A stretch of DNA of 64,000 bases from Pelagomonas calceolata (Eukaryota), in the NCBI GenBank assembly GCA_918797485.1, contig CAKKNE010000005.1, positions 4,402,001 through 4,466,000 on the forward strand, in the 5' to 3' direction. Below are positions 9,664 to 19,941 of the stretch, piece by piece. A program made the position numbers and the translations under genes. The notes below the pieces were generated by a model. The model was not told the DNA's origin. It searched no databases and was given only the letters and a program-made list of their open reading frames with translations. Within the stretch, counting starts at the first letter, position 1. Every line of letters begins with the position of its first letter.

Positions 9664-11124
9664 ATGCCGCGACGACGCAAGCGCAGCAGGCTCCCGCTGA
9701 TATGCGGCTGCACCATCGCGCTGCTCGTGGGCCTCCAGGTCGGGTTCCACGGCGACGCGGCGCCGCCCGCCGCGGCGCCGCCGCCCGCGGCGCCGCTCCC
9801 GCGCCCGCGGAGCCTCGCGGAGCTGCGGGAAGCGGCGACGTCGCTCGAGCGCAAGCTCGAGGGCCTCGCCGCGCGCGAGGCCGGCGTCGCGCGGCAGGAG
9901 GCGGACGCGGCCTGGCGCGAGCTGCGGCACCTCGGGGACGCGCTCCGCGCGGCGGCGACGCGCGAGGCCGCGGCGGCCGCCGCCGCGCCGCCGGCGCCGC
10001 CGGCGCCGCCAATGCCACCCGTAAAAAAAAGCGCGCCGGCCGCGCCGGCCCCGGGGCTGGGCGCCGAGACGGCGCTGCTCGTCGTCGCGTTCGACCGCGC
10101 CGCGGCGCTGCGGACGTCGCTCGGCGCCGTCGTGCGGCACCACCCCTGCGGCCGCGGCCCGCGTCTCGTAATATCGCAGGACGCGGGCGGCGGGCCGCGC
10201 TGGCGCGAGGCGCGCGCCGAGATCGACGCCGCGGCCGCGGCGCTCGGGCGCAGGTGCCCCTCGTTGGAACGAACGCGGGTCGTGACGCAGCCTGACGACG
10301 GCAAGGGCGGCGACGGCTACCACCGCCTCGCGCGCCACTTCCGGAAGGCGCTGACCGAGGCCTTCGCCGACGCACGCACGGCCCGAGTCATCGTCCTCGA
10401 GGAGGACCTGGAGATAGCGCCGGACTTCTTCGGCTTCTTCGCGGCCGTCGCGCCGGTCGTCGACGGCGACGCGAGTATTTTGGCGGCGTCGGCCTGGAAC
10501 GACAACGGGCAGCGGCGGCATGTTGATGTGACGAAGGATATAGCGCGCGTCGAGCGGAGCGACTTTTTCGGGGGGCTCGGCTGGATGCTCTCGCGACGAA
10601 TCTGGGAGGAACTGGGACCGAAGTGGCCCGAAGCCTACTGGGACGACTGGCTGCGCGAGCCCGAGCAGCGGCGGAACCGGCACGTCGTACGGCCCGTCGT
10701 CTGCCGCACGTTCCACGTCAAAAGCACCCGGGGCACGTCGGGCGGCCAGTACTCGCACTTCCTGAGCGACATTGTTCTGTCGCAGTCGGCCGAGACGGTG
10801 TTCGACGTTGACGATGTGCGGTCGTCGGCCGCGGCGGACGCGCGCCTCTTCGCGCAGTTGGAAGCGGCGCCGCGCGTCGACCTCGGGGAGGTGCTCGCCG
10901 GGAGCGCGCGGGGCACGGTGCGCGTCGAGTACGACGGCTCCTTCGCGGCCTACGCGGCGCTCGCGCGGCGGCTGGGCGCCATGGACAACGAGAAGGCCGG
11001 CGTCCCCCGCGGCGCGTACCGCGGCGTCGTCGAGCTCCGGCGCGGCCCCGTGAGTGTGCTGCTGAGCCCGCCGCTCGATCGCGTGCGCGCGCTCGCGGCC
11101 GGCGCGGCGTACGCGCGGCCGTGA
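9664..11124 (+). CDS. MGAT1: Alpha-1,3-mannosyl-glycoprotein beta-1,2-N-acetylglucosaminyltransferase I (GT13)
   Basis: Type II TM anchor; EEDLEIAPDFF, SAWNDNG, RSDFFGGLGWML and WPEAYWDDWLR motifs. Confidence 0.93.
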   Translation: MPRRRKRSRLPLICGCTIALLVGLQVGFHGDAAPPAAAPPPAAPLPRPRSLAELREAATSLERKLEGLAAREAGVARQEADAAWRELRHLGDALRAAATREAAAAAAAPPAPPAPPMPPVKKSAPAAPAPGLGAETALLVVAFDRAAALRTSLGAVVRHHPCGRGPRLVISQDAGGGPRWREARAEIDAAAAALGRRCPSLERTRVVTQPDDGKGGDGYHRLARHFRKALTEAFADARTARVIVLEEDLEIAPDFFGFFAAVAPVVDGDASILAASAWNDNGQRRHVDVTKDIARVERSDFFGGLGWMLSRRIWEELGPKWPEAYWDDWLREPEQRRNRHVVRPVVCRTFHVKSTRGTSGGQYSHFLSDIVLSQSAETVFDVDDVRSSAAADARLFAQLEAAPRVDLGEVLAGSARGTVRVEYDGSFAAYAALARRLGAMDNEKAGVPRGAYRGVVELRRGPVSVLLSPPLDRVRALAAGAAYARP

Positions 11125-11144
11125 GGTGTTGTTGTTAACTTGAG

Positions 11145-11205
11145 TTTTCTTACACAACTACAGCACAAACGTCTCCGGCCGCCACCGCCGGCGGAACTTT
11201 CGGTT
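11145..11205 (-). pseudogene. Remnant copy of the 3' end of the downstream oxygenase/sulfotransferase gene
   Basis: Near-identical to 12851-12913 and includes the stop codon (TAG versus TAA). Confidence 0.8.
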
Positions 11206-11207
11206 GC

Positions 11208-11230
11208 CTAGTGTCTTACGAGACGCTAGC
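11208..11230 (+). promoter_or_regulatory. CTAG-bracketed upstream element
   Basis: ctagtgtcttacgagacgctagc at the left edge of the inserted segment. Confidence 0.65.
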
Positions 11231-11548
11231 CCACAGCCGCGCGTTTTTTACGCTGTTTTTTGACGCGGTAAACTCTCTGCACACACATAACCGCGCACGG
11301 TACGCTGTCGCAGTGCCCCGCGCTGCGGACTTCGTGACGCCACACGCCGCGCAGGCGCTCACGCCGTACAGCGAGCCTGCAGCTCCTTGATCTGGGCCAA
11401 GTTGACAGAGAGAGCTCGAGGATAATAGGCGATTTTGCTTTTGCCGGCCAGCTCGCCGAGCAACCGACCAAGCGCGAGGCCAGCGTCGAACACATTCGCA
11501 CATGCCGTCGCGACGCGCTCACCGTCGCCCCACGTAGGTACTGGGTCG

Positions 11549-12673
11549 ATGGCTCAGCTCTATGCCGACGCGAAAGCGTTGGAAAATGCACGACTGCCGG
11601 GGCGACCGGCACCAGGGCACGGCGGAGACGCAAGAGAAAGGCTACTACGCGTTTTTGGTATAGCGCGCTTTGGAGCACCGAGACAAATTTTCAGCCAGAC
11701 TGTTAAACGAAGTTTACGAAGGCAGTACACTCTGTCACTCTCTCCCACTGCTTCAAGGGAACATGACGGCGGCCAGACACGTTTATTGCGTTCGATGGTA
11801 CCTGGTGCTCTAAATCACGATGATACCTTGGTACTCGCATCGTCGTCAGAGCGACGAGGAGTAGCTATCCTTCGTGATCGAAGCGTCCTGGCGTGGGTGG
11901 TACAACCGGACCACGGGCTTCACTTTACCTTCGGTCCTACTATATTTGTGCTCCGCGGGGGAAGTAACGGCCTGCGCATGGCCAAGACTGGTTGCTATGT
12001 TACCGCTAAAGCTGGAGATTCGTCAGATGTCCAAGTTCACCATGTGTTCGACTTGGGTTACGGTCGACCAAATACGGACACCCTCGTCGCACCAGTAGTT
12101 AGAGATGCAAACGCTTTAGTATCTGGCATGGTCTATGTGGATGAAGATGACCCAGGATTACCTCTTTATGAGAGAGGCAACCGAGCGCTCAGATTGTGTA
12201 CTTGGATGGATGATGTTCAAGGTCGTCGCATCAATCCTTCTGTTTCGGTCGAGAAAAAAGGGCAGAAAGGGAGTGATGCTATTTTTGATGCATTCCTGCC
12301 TCGTGGAACATTGCGTAGATTACTGAAGCCCGCGACCGATGAGCTGCTCGAGGCTGCGGGCCTCCCTGCTGGCGCTGATGCTTGGATGTTCAAGGACGAG
12401 GCCTTGCAGGAGCTGCCGTTTGTTCACCCAAGCACGGTGCTTCTGCACAAGGTCACCCAGCCGAGTGACTCCACCCAGGGCGAGAAGCACCACATGCAGC
12501 TCGTCTACGGTGTTTGTGCGATCACTGGCGTGACCTTCAGGAAAACCGAAGGTGAAAGAATGAAACTAGTCTTACATCACATTGCTTTTCGCACGCAGCA
12601 TATTTTGGTCGGCTTCATCTACAATCAGATCAATACAGGGCTGGGGGCGCTAGGGGATTATAAGTCCAAGTAG
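11549..12673 (+). CDS. Lower-GC foreign-looking ORF with a degenerate endonuclease-VII/HNH-like C-terminus
   Basis: 374 codons from ATG 11549 with codon usage unlike its neighbours. C-terminus CAITG...LVLHH...VGFIYNQINTGLGALGD resembles the EndoVII pattern CaiC...lhvDHdH...vRglLC..CNtgLG.f.D. Confidence 0.5.
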   Translation: MAQLYADAKALENARLPGRPAPGHGGDARERLLRVFGIARFGAPRQIFSQTVKRSLRRQYTLSLSPTASREHDGGQTRLLRSMVPGALNHDDTLVLASSSERRGVAILRDRSVLAWVVQPDHGLHFTFGPTIFVLRGGSNGLRMAKTGCYVTAKAGDSSDVQVHHVFDLGYGRPNTDTLVAPVVRDANALVSGMVYVDEDDPGLPLYERGNRALRLCTWMDDVQGRRINPSVSVEKKGQKGSDAIFDAFLPRGTLRRLLKPATDELLEAAGLPAGADAWMFKDEALQELPFVHPSTVLLHKVTQPSDSTQGEKHHMQLVYGVCAITGVTFRKTEGERMKLVLHHIAFRTQHILVGFIYNQINTGLGALGDYKSK

Positions 12674-12787
12674 AAGGGTCCCATTTGATGCGCGACTCCT
12701 CGAAGTAGATCGAGCCGATTTTTTATCGGTCCGGCGCCACGAAGTCATCCATTTATATGTTATAATTCTCTCTCTCTCTAATATGAC

Positions 12788-12849
12788 CCAGGACGCGCTC
12801 GACGTAGTACGTCATCAGGAGGTCGACGCAGGCCTTCGAGAGGGGCATC
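12788..12849 (-). pseudogene. Remnant copy of an internal segment of the oxygenase/sulfotransferase gene
   Basis: 57/62 identical to 14338-14399 (MPLSKACVDLLMTYYVERVL versus MPLSKAGVDRLMTYYVERVL). Confidence 0.85.
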
Positions 12850-12865
12850 ATTTTCTTACAAACAA

Positions 12866-15739
12866 TTACAGCACAAATGTCCCCGGCCGCCACCGCCGGC
12901 GGAACTTTCGGTTTCCTTCGGGAGGCTTCCGCTTCCGCCAGGCGCGTTCCTCTCGCCGGCGCACGAAGGCGTCCGCTGCGCGGCGCCGCGCGCGTGTCGC
13001 CGCCGCGGCGTTTTCAACGAGGTAACGCCTCTTGGTATCACGCGGCGGCAAGTAGGACGCACAGGTATTCTCGTACCCGAACGCGCGCGCGTCCTCGCCG
13101 TAGACGCGAGCGACGACGTCCGCGGCCCGTCGCGTGTAGCGGCCGCAGTACGACTCGCCACGCGGTCCCCGCGTGTAGAAGGGCCGGCGGTCGCCCGCGT
13201 CCAAACTCGTAAAGGCCAGCGCGGCGTCGATGCCCGCCGCGTGGAAGCCCTCGTAGCGGCGCACGTCGTTGACTAAGACGTCGCCCGTGCGCGGGTCCGA
13301 GACCCAATCCAACGCGGGCAAGAAATGAGCGCAGGCCGTGGCCGCGAGTTCCAAGCCGCCCGATTCCACAAAGTCCGAGAAGTCATCGAAGAGAGTCAGC
13401 CACGTCCCGAAGTATCTATCGGAGGGATGCTTCGATATGTTCGATACCTGTGCACAAATCAGCCAGTGAGTCAGATGCACCACGTCGTCGTGCTGACGTC
13501 GCGTCGAAGGACGCGCCTCGACAATTTGATTTATGCACTGTACGAGACGTTCACGAGGTGGTCGTACGCGCTGACGGCGCGGGCCCAGGGGTCGCGGATG
13601 ATCGCGACGGACCGCTTCCGGTCCCACTCGCGCGTAGCGCAGGCGCGCATCTGCGCCGCGGAGTAGTGTCTCGCTTGCGCGAGTTGCGTCTCGTTGAGGA
13701 CGGATGCGTAGAGGGCGCGCAGCGTCGTGCCAGAGGTCCGCGGCACGTGCACCAGGACCGACGGCGCATGTGACCTGTGTGGAAATCAACCAGTGCGCCG
13801 GGTGCACCCGAAAAATCTTCACTAAGTCATTTCTCGGCGATGGCGCGGCCGTCCTGGCTCGGTCGAGCGGTGAGGAACGAGCACCACGCTATCGAGCAGG
13901 CATCGCGTCGATGGCGTGGAGGACGACGCGACGATTCAGCACGAACGCGCCGTAAAATTTTGATTTCCACACAGCATGTGACCACCGCTCGAGCTCGTCG
14001 ACCGTGAGCGGGCAGACGCGGTCGTCCAAAACGTAGGTCGTGTGGCGCTGCCACCTCAAAACGTCGTCGAGCGACGCCGCGAAGGACGCCGCCGTCGCCT
14101 CGAAGGAGTCCTGGTGCATCGCGGCCAGGGTCCCGCACACGGTCCACTCGGCCTCGGACGCCGCCGCTCTAGAGCCGCAGTGCGTCTGCCGCGACTGGAG
14201 GACCTCGATGGCGAGGCGCCGGTCCCCGGCGGCGTGGAGCGACCGCGCCGTGCACAGCGCGACGGCGTGGGCCGTCGCTCGTTTCGCGGCGGGCGTCTCG
14301 AGCGACGCGGTCGCTTTGGCTTCCTTCCGAGAGCAGGCCAGGACGCGTTCCACGTAGTACGTCATCAGGCGGTCGACGCCGGCCTTCGACAGGGGCATCG
14401 TCACGCACGTCTCGCTCCCGGCAACGACTTCCACGCAGAGCTCGAGCGGCTCCGTTTTGCCCGGCTGCCGCGGCAGCCCGAACAGCAGCGTCAGGTTGAT
14501 GCGGCGGTGCCGGTAGCCCCGCTTGAAGCGAAAGCGGTCCGTCTCGTGGAGCAGCGACGAGTCGAAGATCACCGCGCGGTTCCGCTTGTAAGGCACGCGC
14601 AGCGGCTTTATGCCCGAGTCCCGCTCGAGCTGGTCGAGGTGCGCGCGCATGCGCGCGGCGTGCTCGATGCCGTTCCAGTCGCCCTGGGACCCCCGGAACT
14701 GGCGGTGCACGACGAGGCCGCCCGGCTCCCGGCCCGTGTTGCCGGCGTCCGGCGTGACCCAGAAATTGACGTTGACGGCCGCGGGGTCGGCGTGCACGGC
14801 GATGCCCGTGTTTTGTGGTTGCGAGTCGTACTTGTAGGCCCAGGCCGTCTTCAGGTTCAGGTCGCCGATTATCTGAGGTAGGGCCAGTCTTAGCTCCTCG
14901 ACGACCTGGAGCAGCACTTTCGGAGAGAAGCCGTCGTCGAAGTAGGCGCCCAAATAACCGGGCTTCGCGTCGAACCAGACCGTCGCGTCGAGGCACCACT
15001 CGTAGAGCTCCTCCAAAGCCTCGTCCGAGAGGAAGCCGTCTGCATAAAAGGCCGGCGCGCGGTCGGCCCGCGCGTCCGCGAGGTATGCCGCCTCCAGCCC
15101 CGCCGCCTCCCTCAAAAACCGCGCACCCAGGGCCCGCTTGACGCCGCGTTCCGGCGGGAGGTAGACGAGGGCGTTGTGCGCCCCGAACAGCAGCGCGTGC
15201 TGCGCCGTGCTCAGGAGCTTCTGCGTCATGAACTGGCTCCGTTGCGCCCGCTGGATGCCCCGATAGATAGTCGAGTAGGCGTCCGCGAGGTGCCGAAATG
15301 GGGGGGGCAGCTTCCCCTCCCGCATGAGGTGGCGGAGCTGCTCGCCGTCGTGCTCCAGCTTGAACGCCGCCGCAATAAAAAAGTTGCCCCGCACGTGGAC
15401 CGAGCCGGGGTAGCGCTGCGTCTCGCCCGGCAGCGCCAGCTTGTAGCCCCGCGCCGCGGCCTCGGCGTGCGCCTCTCCTAATCCTATGCGCGCGCGCGCG
15501 CCCACGGTCGCATTCAAATGCTCTAGGTAGGCCTCGGCGCTCTCGTTCGCAGCGTAGGGCGCGCCGCGGTCCTCCACGATGCGCTCGAGATGGATCTCCT
15601 TGAGGACCTGGAGGCAGCCCGGCGCCGCTTGCGCTCTACATAATTCGTCGTGGCTCGGCGTCGTGAAGGCGGCCGCTTGCGTGAGAAGGGCCAGCAGTGC
15701 GATCCTCAGACTCCGCAACGGTGCCGCCGCGCGACGCAT
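12866..15739 (-). CDS. Signal-peptide protein: 2OG-Fe(II) oxygenase-like domain plus Sulfotransfer_2-type sulfotransferase; exons 15739-13983, 13774-13549, 13447-12866
   Basis: HAD...NFW...NRAVIFDSSLLHET...RINLTLLFG oxygenase motifs; HVPRTSGTT and RDPWARAVSAY PAPS-binding motifs. Removing two introner introns joins three ORFs in frame. Confidence 0.85.
13448..13540 (-). mobile_element. Diverged introner element (intron 13548-13448, GT-AG)
   Basis: TIR-like ends ctgtgcacaaatca / tgatttatgcactg; imperfect 8-bp TSD (gtctcgta/gtatcgaa on minus); splicing restores the frame. Confidence 0.85.
13775..13974 (-). mobile_element. Full-length introner element, 200 bp (intron 13982-13775)
   Basis: 15-bp TIR ctgtgtggaaatcaa / ttgatttccacacag; perfect 8-bp TSD catgtgac at 13767-13774 and 13975-13982. 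Confidence 0.95.
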
Positions 15740-16149
15740 TTCTACACTATGGACGGCTGCCCCTAAAGCTGCTGCCCAACCCTAGAAGCCGTGGCTGGGC
15801 ACCAGACCGGGGCCGAGCGCCTCATTGGGTCTGATGCTGTTCCGCCCGCGTCCCACCACGCTCTTGTATCAGCGATTTGATCTAAGCTGTCGTAAAATCT
15901 AGTATGTCTATCCGCTAATAACCGCGTTTTTGCAGCTGAAGTGCGTCGCTGGGCAACTTGCGAGTGGAGCCCAGGGGCGTGAAGAGAGCAAATGATTCAT
16001 TTTCCTGGCTGCTGCGCCGGAGCGAAGGCAAGCCGACGGCACATCGCACTAGACTGCAATTGAGCTTGACTGCTAGTGCACGCTGTCGCCGCGACGCCGC
16101 ATCACCGCCGAAAACAAAACATTAGACCAGTCTCAACACCAACGCAGCG

Positions 16150-18538
16150 ATGCGGTTACTAAACTACGCACTCCTCCTCGCGCTGCGGGCCGGCGGCTTC
16201 ACGACAACAAACCGCGCGCCGCGCCCGCCCAAAGCGACGACGCGAGTGCAAGGCATCGCGAACTTCGGCACGTTCTTCGCGGAGAGTTGGCTGGGCGCCG
16301 GCGCGTGCTCGAGCCGCAAGTGCCCGCCGGCCAAGGACGTTTTTGATCACGTGCTCGTGGACGTGAATCAATATGTTCATACTTCTGCAAGAAGAGCGAC
16401 GTCGCAGGACGACGCCGTCAAGCGGCTGTACGCCGCGCTGGACGGCGTGCTGCGCGTCGCCCGCCCGCGGAAGAGTTTGGTGTTGGCGCTGGACGGCGCG
16501 GCGCCCGTCGCCAAAATCGTCACGCAGCGGAAAAGGAGAGAAGCCAACGTCGCGAAGACGGGCGTCGACCCACACGACGAGGTGCACCCTCTGTTGATCA
16601 CGCCGGGTACTGTATTTATGGACGTGATGTCTGATGCCCTAGAAAGGTACGCCGTCGAGCGCGTGTCGCGAAGGCAGACGCTGGAGAACGTGACGGTCTA
16701 CGCGTCGTGCGTGCGTCATGCTGGAGAAGGTGAGCTCAAGTTGGTGAGGTGGCTCCGATCTTCAGTTTGCGACGGCGGCACCGCCGCGGTCGTGTCCGGC
16801 GACGCGGACGTCGTCCTGCAGGCGTTGGCTGCCTTGGACTGCACGCGCGGGAAATCTTTGGAACCCTTCGTGTTGCGGCCTCTCGTGAAGCCGGACTATG
16901 GGGTCGTGAGCGCGTGGCGTCTGGCGAGAGAGCTGGCGAAGCGCTTTCCCGGAGCCGCGGCTGACCGGAGTAGAGATGATGTCTTGGTGTTACTGTTGCT
17001 GCAGGGCAACGACTACGTCCCGAAGCTACGAGCGGCGCCCTTCCACGCCTGTTTACGGGCCTACGAGCGGGCCGTGCTCGAGGCTTCGGGTGAAGACGAC
17101 GGCGCCCATTTCTTCCATTATACCCAAAACGAGCGGCGAGGCTGGAACGCGCCCTTCGCGGCGACGTTCTTCGAGTATTTACGAAAGTCGCGGCCGCGAA
17201 CGCCGACGCTCTACGACTCCTTCGACCTGCGGGACCTCCACGAGCGCAACCAGACCGAGGACATTTCTGAATTGACCTTTGACCTGAAGGAGGGCGCGGC
17301 GTCGCCCGACGAGTGGCGCTGCGAGGCCGTCTGTAAGGAGATCAAGGAGGCCGCGACGGGCCCGACGAAGCAGAAGGCAAAAAAAAAGGCCGCCGCGCAA
17401 GTCCTGGAAAGGCTCGGCGAGACCGAATGGCCGAACGGCGACCCCATCTGCGCGCTTGGACAAAGAGCGTCGCTCTCGTTCGATAAAGTCAGCGGGAAGC
17501 GCCAGTGGGTCTGCGCCGCGGCGCTGACGAAGGACTCTCAGCCGTTCAACGCGACAGCGGCCGCGGGCTCGAAGCGGGAAGCGCGAGCTCTGGCCGCCAA
17601 GCTGCTGCGGCGGCAGATCGCGCCATCTCCGCAAAGGACGACGACGAGCGACGCCGCTTCTTATATACAAGGCATCGCGTGGTGCCTCGACGCGTACGTC
17701 GAAGGTTATGTGGAGGACGGCTCGTACCGCTACCTGCCGCCGCACGCGCCGTCCTCGAAAGCGCTCAAAGCTTTATTTGAGGCTGGTGTGGATCTGTGTG
17801 GAAATCAAAATTTTACGGCGCGTTCGTGCTGAATCATCGCGTTGTCCTCCACGCCATCGACGCGACGCCTGCTCGATGGCGTGGCGATGCCGGTTCCTCG
17901 CCGCTCGACCGAGCCAGGTCGGCCGCGTCATTGCCGAGAAATGACTTCGTGAAGAATTGTCGGGCGCACCCGACGCACTGGTTGATTTCCACACAGGTGT
18001 GGATGACGAGGTAAGGGTGAAGACGGGCGCGCTCTCGGCGGACGTGCACTGCTGCGCCGTCATGCCGCGCGAGGCCTCTCCTTTATTGCCGGAGCACCTG
18101 CAGCCGCTGCACGCGGCCATCTGCGACGCGCGCGACCAGGGCCTCGACGCGGACGCGCTGCCCTTCCTCGAGGCCCTCGCGTCGACGCTCCACGCCGCGA
18201 ATTCTTTGCTTGGCGGCGGCGACGCGCGGACGTGGACGACGGTGCGGCGCGCGCGCGAGGACGAAATTACGCTCAGTCTGTCGCCGCCGATGCCGCGGCC
18301 GGGAGGCGGCGTCGCGGCGGGCGTCGCCGACGGCGGCGGCGCGCGCGTGGCCGTCGCGCACGACGTGGACCTCGAGCCGGCGCCCGCTCGCGCGTCCTCG
18401 CCCGACGCGGGCGCCACCGCGCGTGCTGCCGCGAATCGAGCTCTGCTGGATCGGCGCTTCTACACGGCCTTCAAGCCGCCTAGAAGGGTCTTCAAGAAGC
18501 GGAAGGCTCGGCCGGCGAACGCGACGCTCGCGACGTAA
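16150..18538 (+). CDS. XRN-family 5'-3' exoribonuclease-like protein with two dsRBM-like inserts; intron 17786-17996
   Basis: DVNQYVH, ALDGAAPVAK..TQRKRR, ITPGTVFM, GEGELK, GDAD, GNDYVP and YIQGIAWCLDAY motifs. Splicing joins ORF 17957..18538 in frame. Confidence 0.88.
17794..17996 (+). mobile_element. Full-length introner element, 203 bp
   Basis: TIR ctgtgtggaaatcaa / ttgatttccacacag; perfect TSD gtgtggat at 17786-17793 and 17997-18004; highly similar to the reverse complement of 13775-13974. Confidence 0.95.
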
Positions 18539-18564
18539 CCTATTTCTGTTTCTATCTTACACGA

Positions 18565-19941
18565 TCAAGCTGGCGCGTCTTCGCCGCCTTGTACGCGCGC
18601 GAGGATGTCGCGCAGCGTCTTGACGTGGTCCGGGTCGTCCGTGGCGTTGACGGCCTCCTGGAGCGCGTCGACGAGCGGCGTCTCGCCGCGCGCGTCGGCC
18701 GGGTTTACGGGCGAGTCTGGCGGCGCCGAATGCCTCGGCGCGCGCGCGGGCGCGGGCGCGGCCGGCCGTCGTGGCCGCGTCGTGCGGAGGTAGGGGTGCG
18801 TCGCCGACGGCTTCGGTGCCCCGATTTTCTTCGCGGTGGCCTTGAGGCGCGCGGCGGCGGCGGCGCGGCCCGCGGCGGCGGCCGTGGCGCTCCGCTTCGG
18901 CGCAGCGGCGGTGACGGCGCGGGCGGCTGTGGCGCTCCGCTTTGGCGCGGCGAGGGAGGCGGCGCGGCCCGCGGCGGCCTCCTTCGCACTTATCCGTTTT
19001 GACGCGCCGGCGGCTGCCGTGGCGGCCCGCTTTTTCGGCGGGACCGCCTTCCTCGCCTTGAGCCGCGCCGCAGCGGCGGCGGGGCCAGCGCCAGGCCGCG
19101 TCGGCGCTGGGGCCTTCGACACGGCCTTCTTTGGAGCGGCTTTCGAAACGGCGCGCTTGGGCTTCGCGGCGAGGCGCAGCCGCGGCGGCGGCGGCGGGGA
19201 CGGCGGCGGCGGTGGTGGTAGTGGCGGCGCGGCCGCGGGCGGCTCGCGAGCCTCGCGCGCCGCCCGGAGCTCGTTTTCGAGGTCCTCCACTCTCAACTCC
19301 GCCGCGACCGCGCGCTCGGTCGTCGACGCGAGCCGCGCCGCCAGCGCGTCGTCGCGGCCGGCGCCCGGCGACCGCGCCGCCGCCGCGTCCAAGTCGCCCA
19401 CGGCGCGCGCCTCGGCGCGCGCGAGCCGCGCCCGCAGCGCGTCGGCGCGGTCCCTCAAACCGGCGCATTCCCGCAGCGCGTCGAGCTTGTCGCGCTCCGC
19501 GTCGTCGAGGCCTGCGTGGATATCGCCCGGTGACCTCACGCCGTCGAGCAGCCGGCGTGGGCTTGGATTTCTACACGGATCTCGACGCCGCGTCAGGTCG
19601 TCTCTATCGCGTACCAACCGGCTCTCGCGCAGCTGGAAGGACCGCTCCAGGTCCTCGAGCTGGCGGCTCTGGAGCTCGGACGCGCGCTCGGAGGCCGCCG
19701 ACTGGCCCTCGAAGCGATGGCGGAGCTCCGTTGCCTCGCGCAGGGCGCTGGAGCGCTCCGTCTCGAGGCGCACGATCTTGCGCTGCAGCGCCCGCAGGGC
19801 CTCGAGCACGGCTCGCGCCGAGGACGGCGGCGCGCCGCCCTCGATCGCGTCGAGCGCGCTGCGCGGCGTCCGCGGCGGCGTGTTCGGGTTCGTTCGTACC
19901 GTCAGCTCCTCGCTGCCGCGGGGCGAGGGGGTGGGCGTCAT
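18565..19941 (-). CDS. CEP57/translokin-like coiled-coil protein; probable in-frame intron 19586-19512
   Basis: AVLEALRALQRKIVRLETER matches the CEP57 N-terminal coiled-coil motif; basic Ala/Lys-rich tail. Confidence 0.7.
   Translation of the reverse strand: MTPTPSPRGSEELTVRTNPNTPPRTPRSALDAIEGGAPPSSARAVLEALRALQRKIVRLETERSSALREATELRHRFEGQSAASERASELQSRQLEDLERSFQLRESRLVRDRDDLTRRRDPCRNPSPRRLLDGVRSPGDIHAGLDDAERDKLDALRECAGLRDRADALRARLARAEARAVGDLDAAAARSPGAGRDDALAARLASTTERAVAAELRVEDLENELRAAREAREPPAAAPPLPPPPPPSPPPPPRLRLAAKPKRAVSKAAPKKAVSKAPAPTRPGAGPAAAAARLKARKAVPPKKRAATAAAGASKRISAKEAAAGRAASLAAPKRSATAARAVTAAAPKRSATAAAAGRAAAAARLKATAKKIGAPKPSATHPYLRTTRPRRPAAPAPARAPRHSAPPDSPVNPADARGETPLVDALQEAVNATDDPDHVKTLRDILARVQGGEDAPA
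19512..19578 (-). mobile_element. Short degenerate introner (75-nt GT-AG intron 19586-19512)
   Basis: Ends ctgcgtggatatcg / ggatttctacacgg; internal cacgccgtcgagcag motif shared with the full elements. Confidence 0.7.

Noticed and set aside
11145..12913. The ~62-bp direct repeats as LTRs or a TSD of a transposon
   Set aside because: They are coding 3'-end sequence with synonymous changes, and a second collinear gene remnant exists, so a decayed tandem duplicate fits better.
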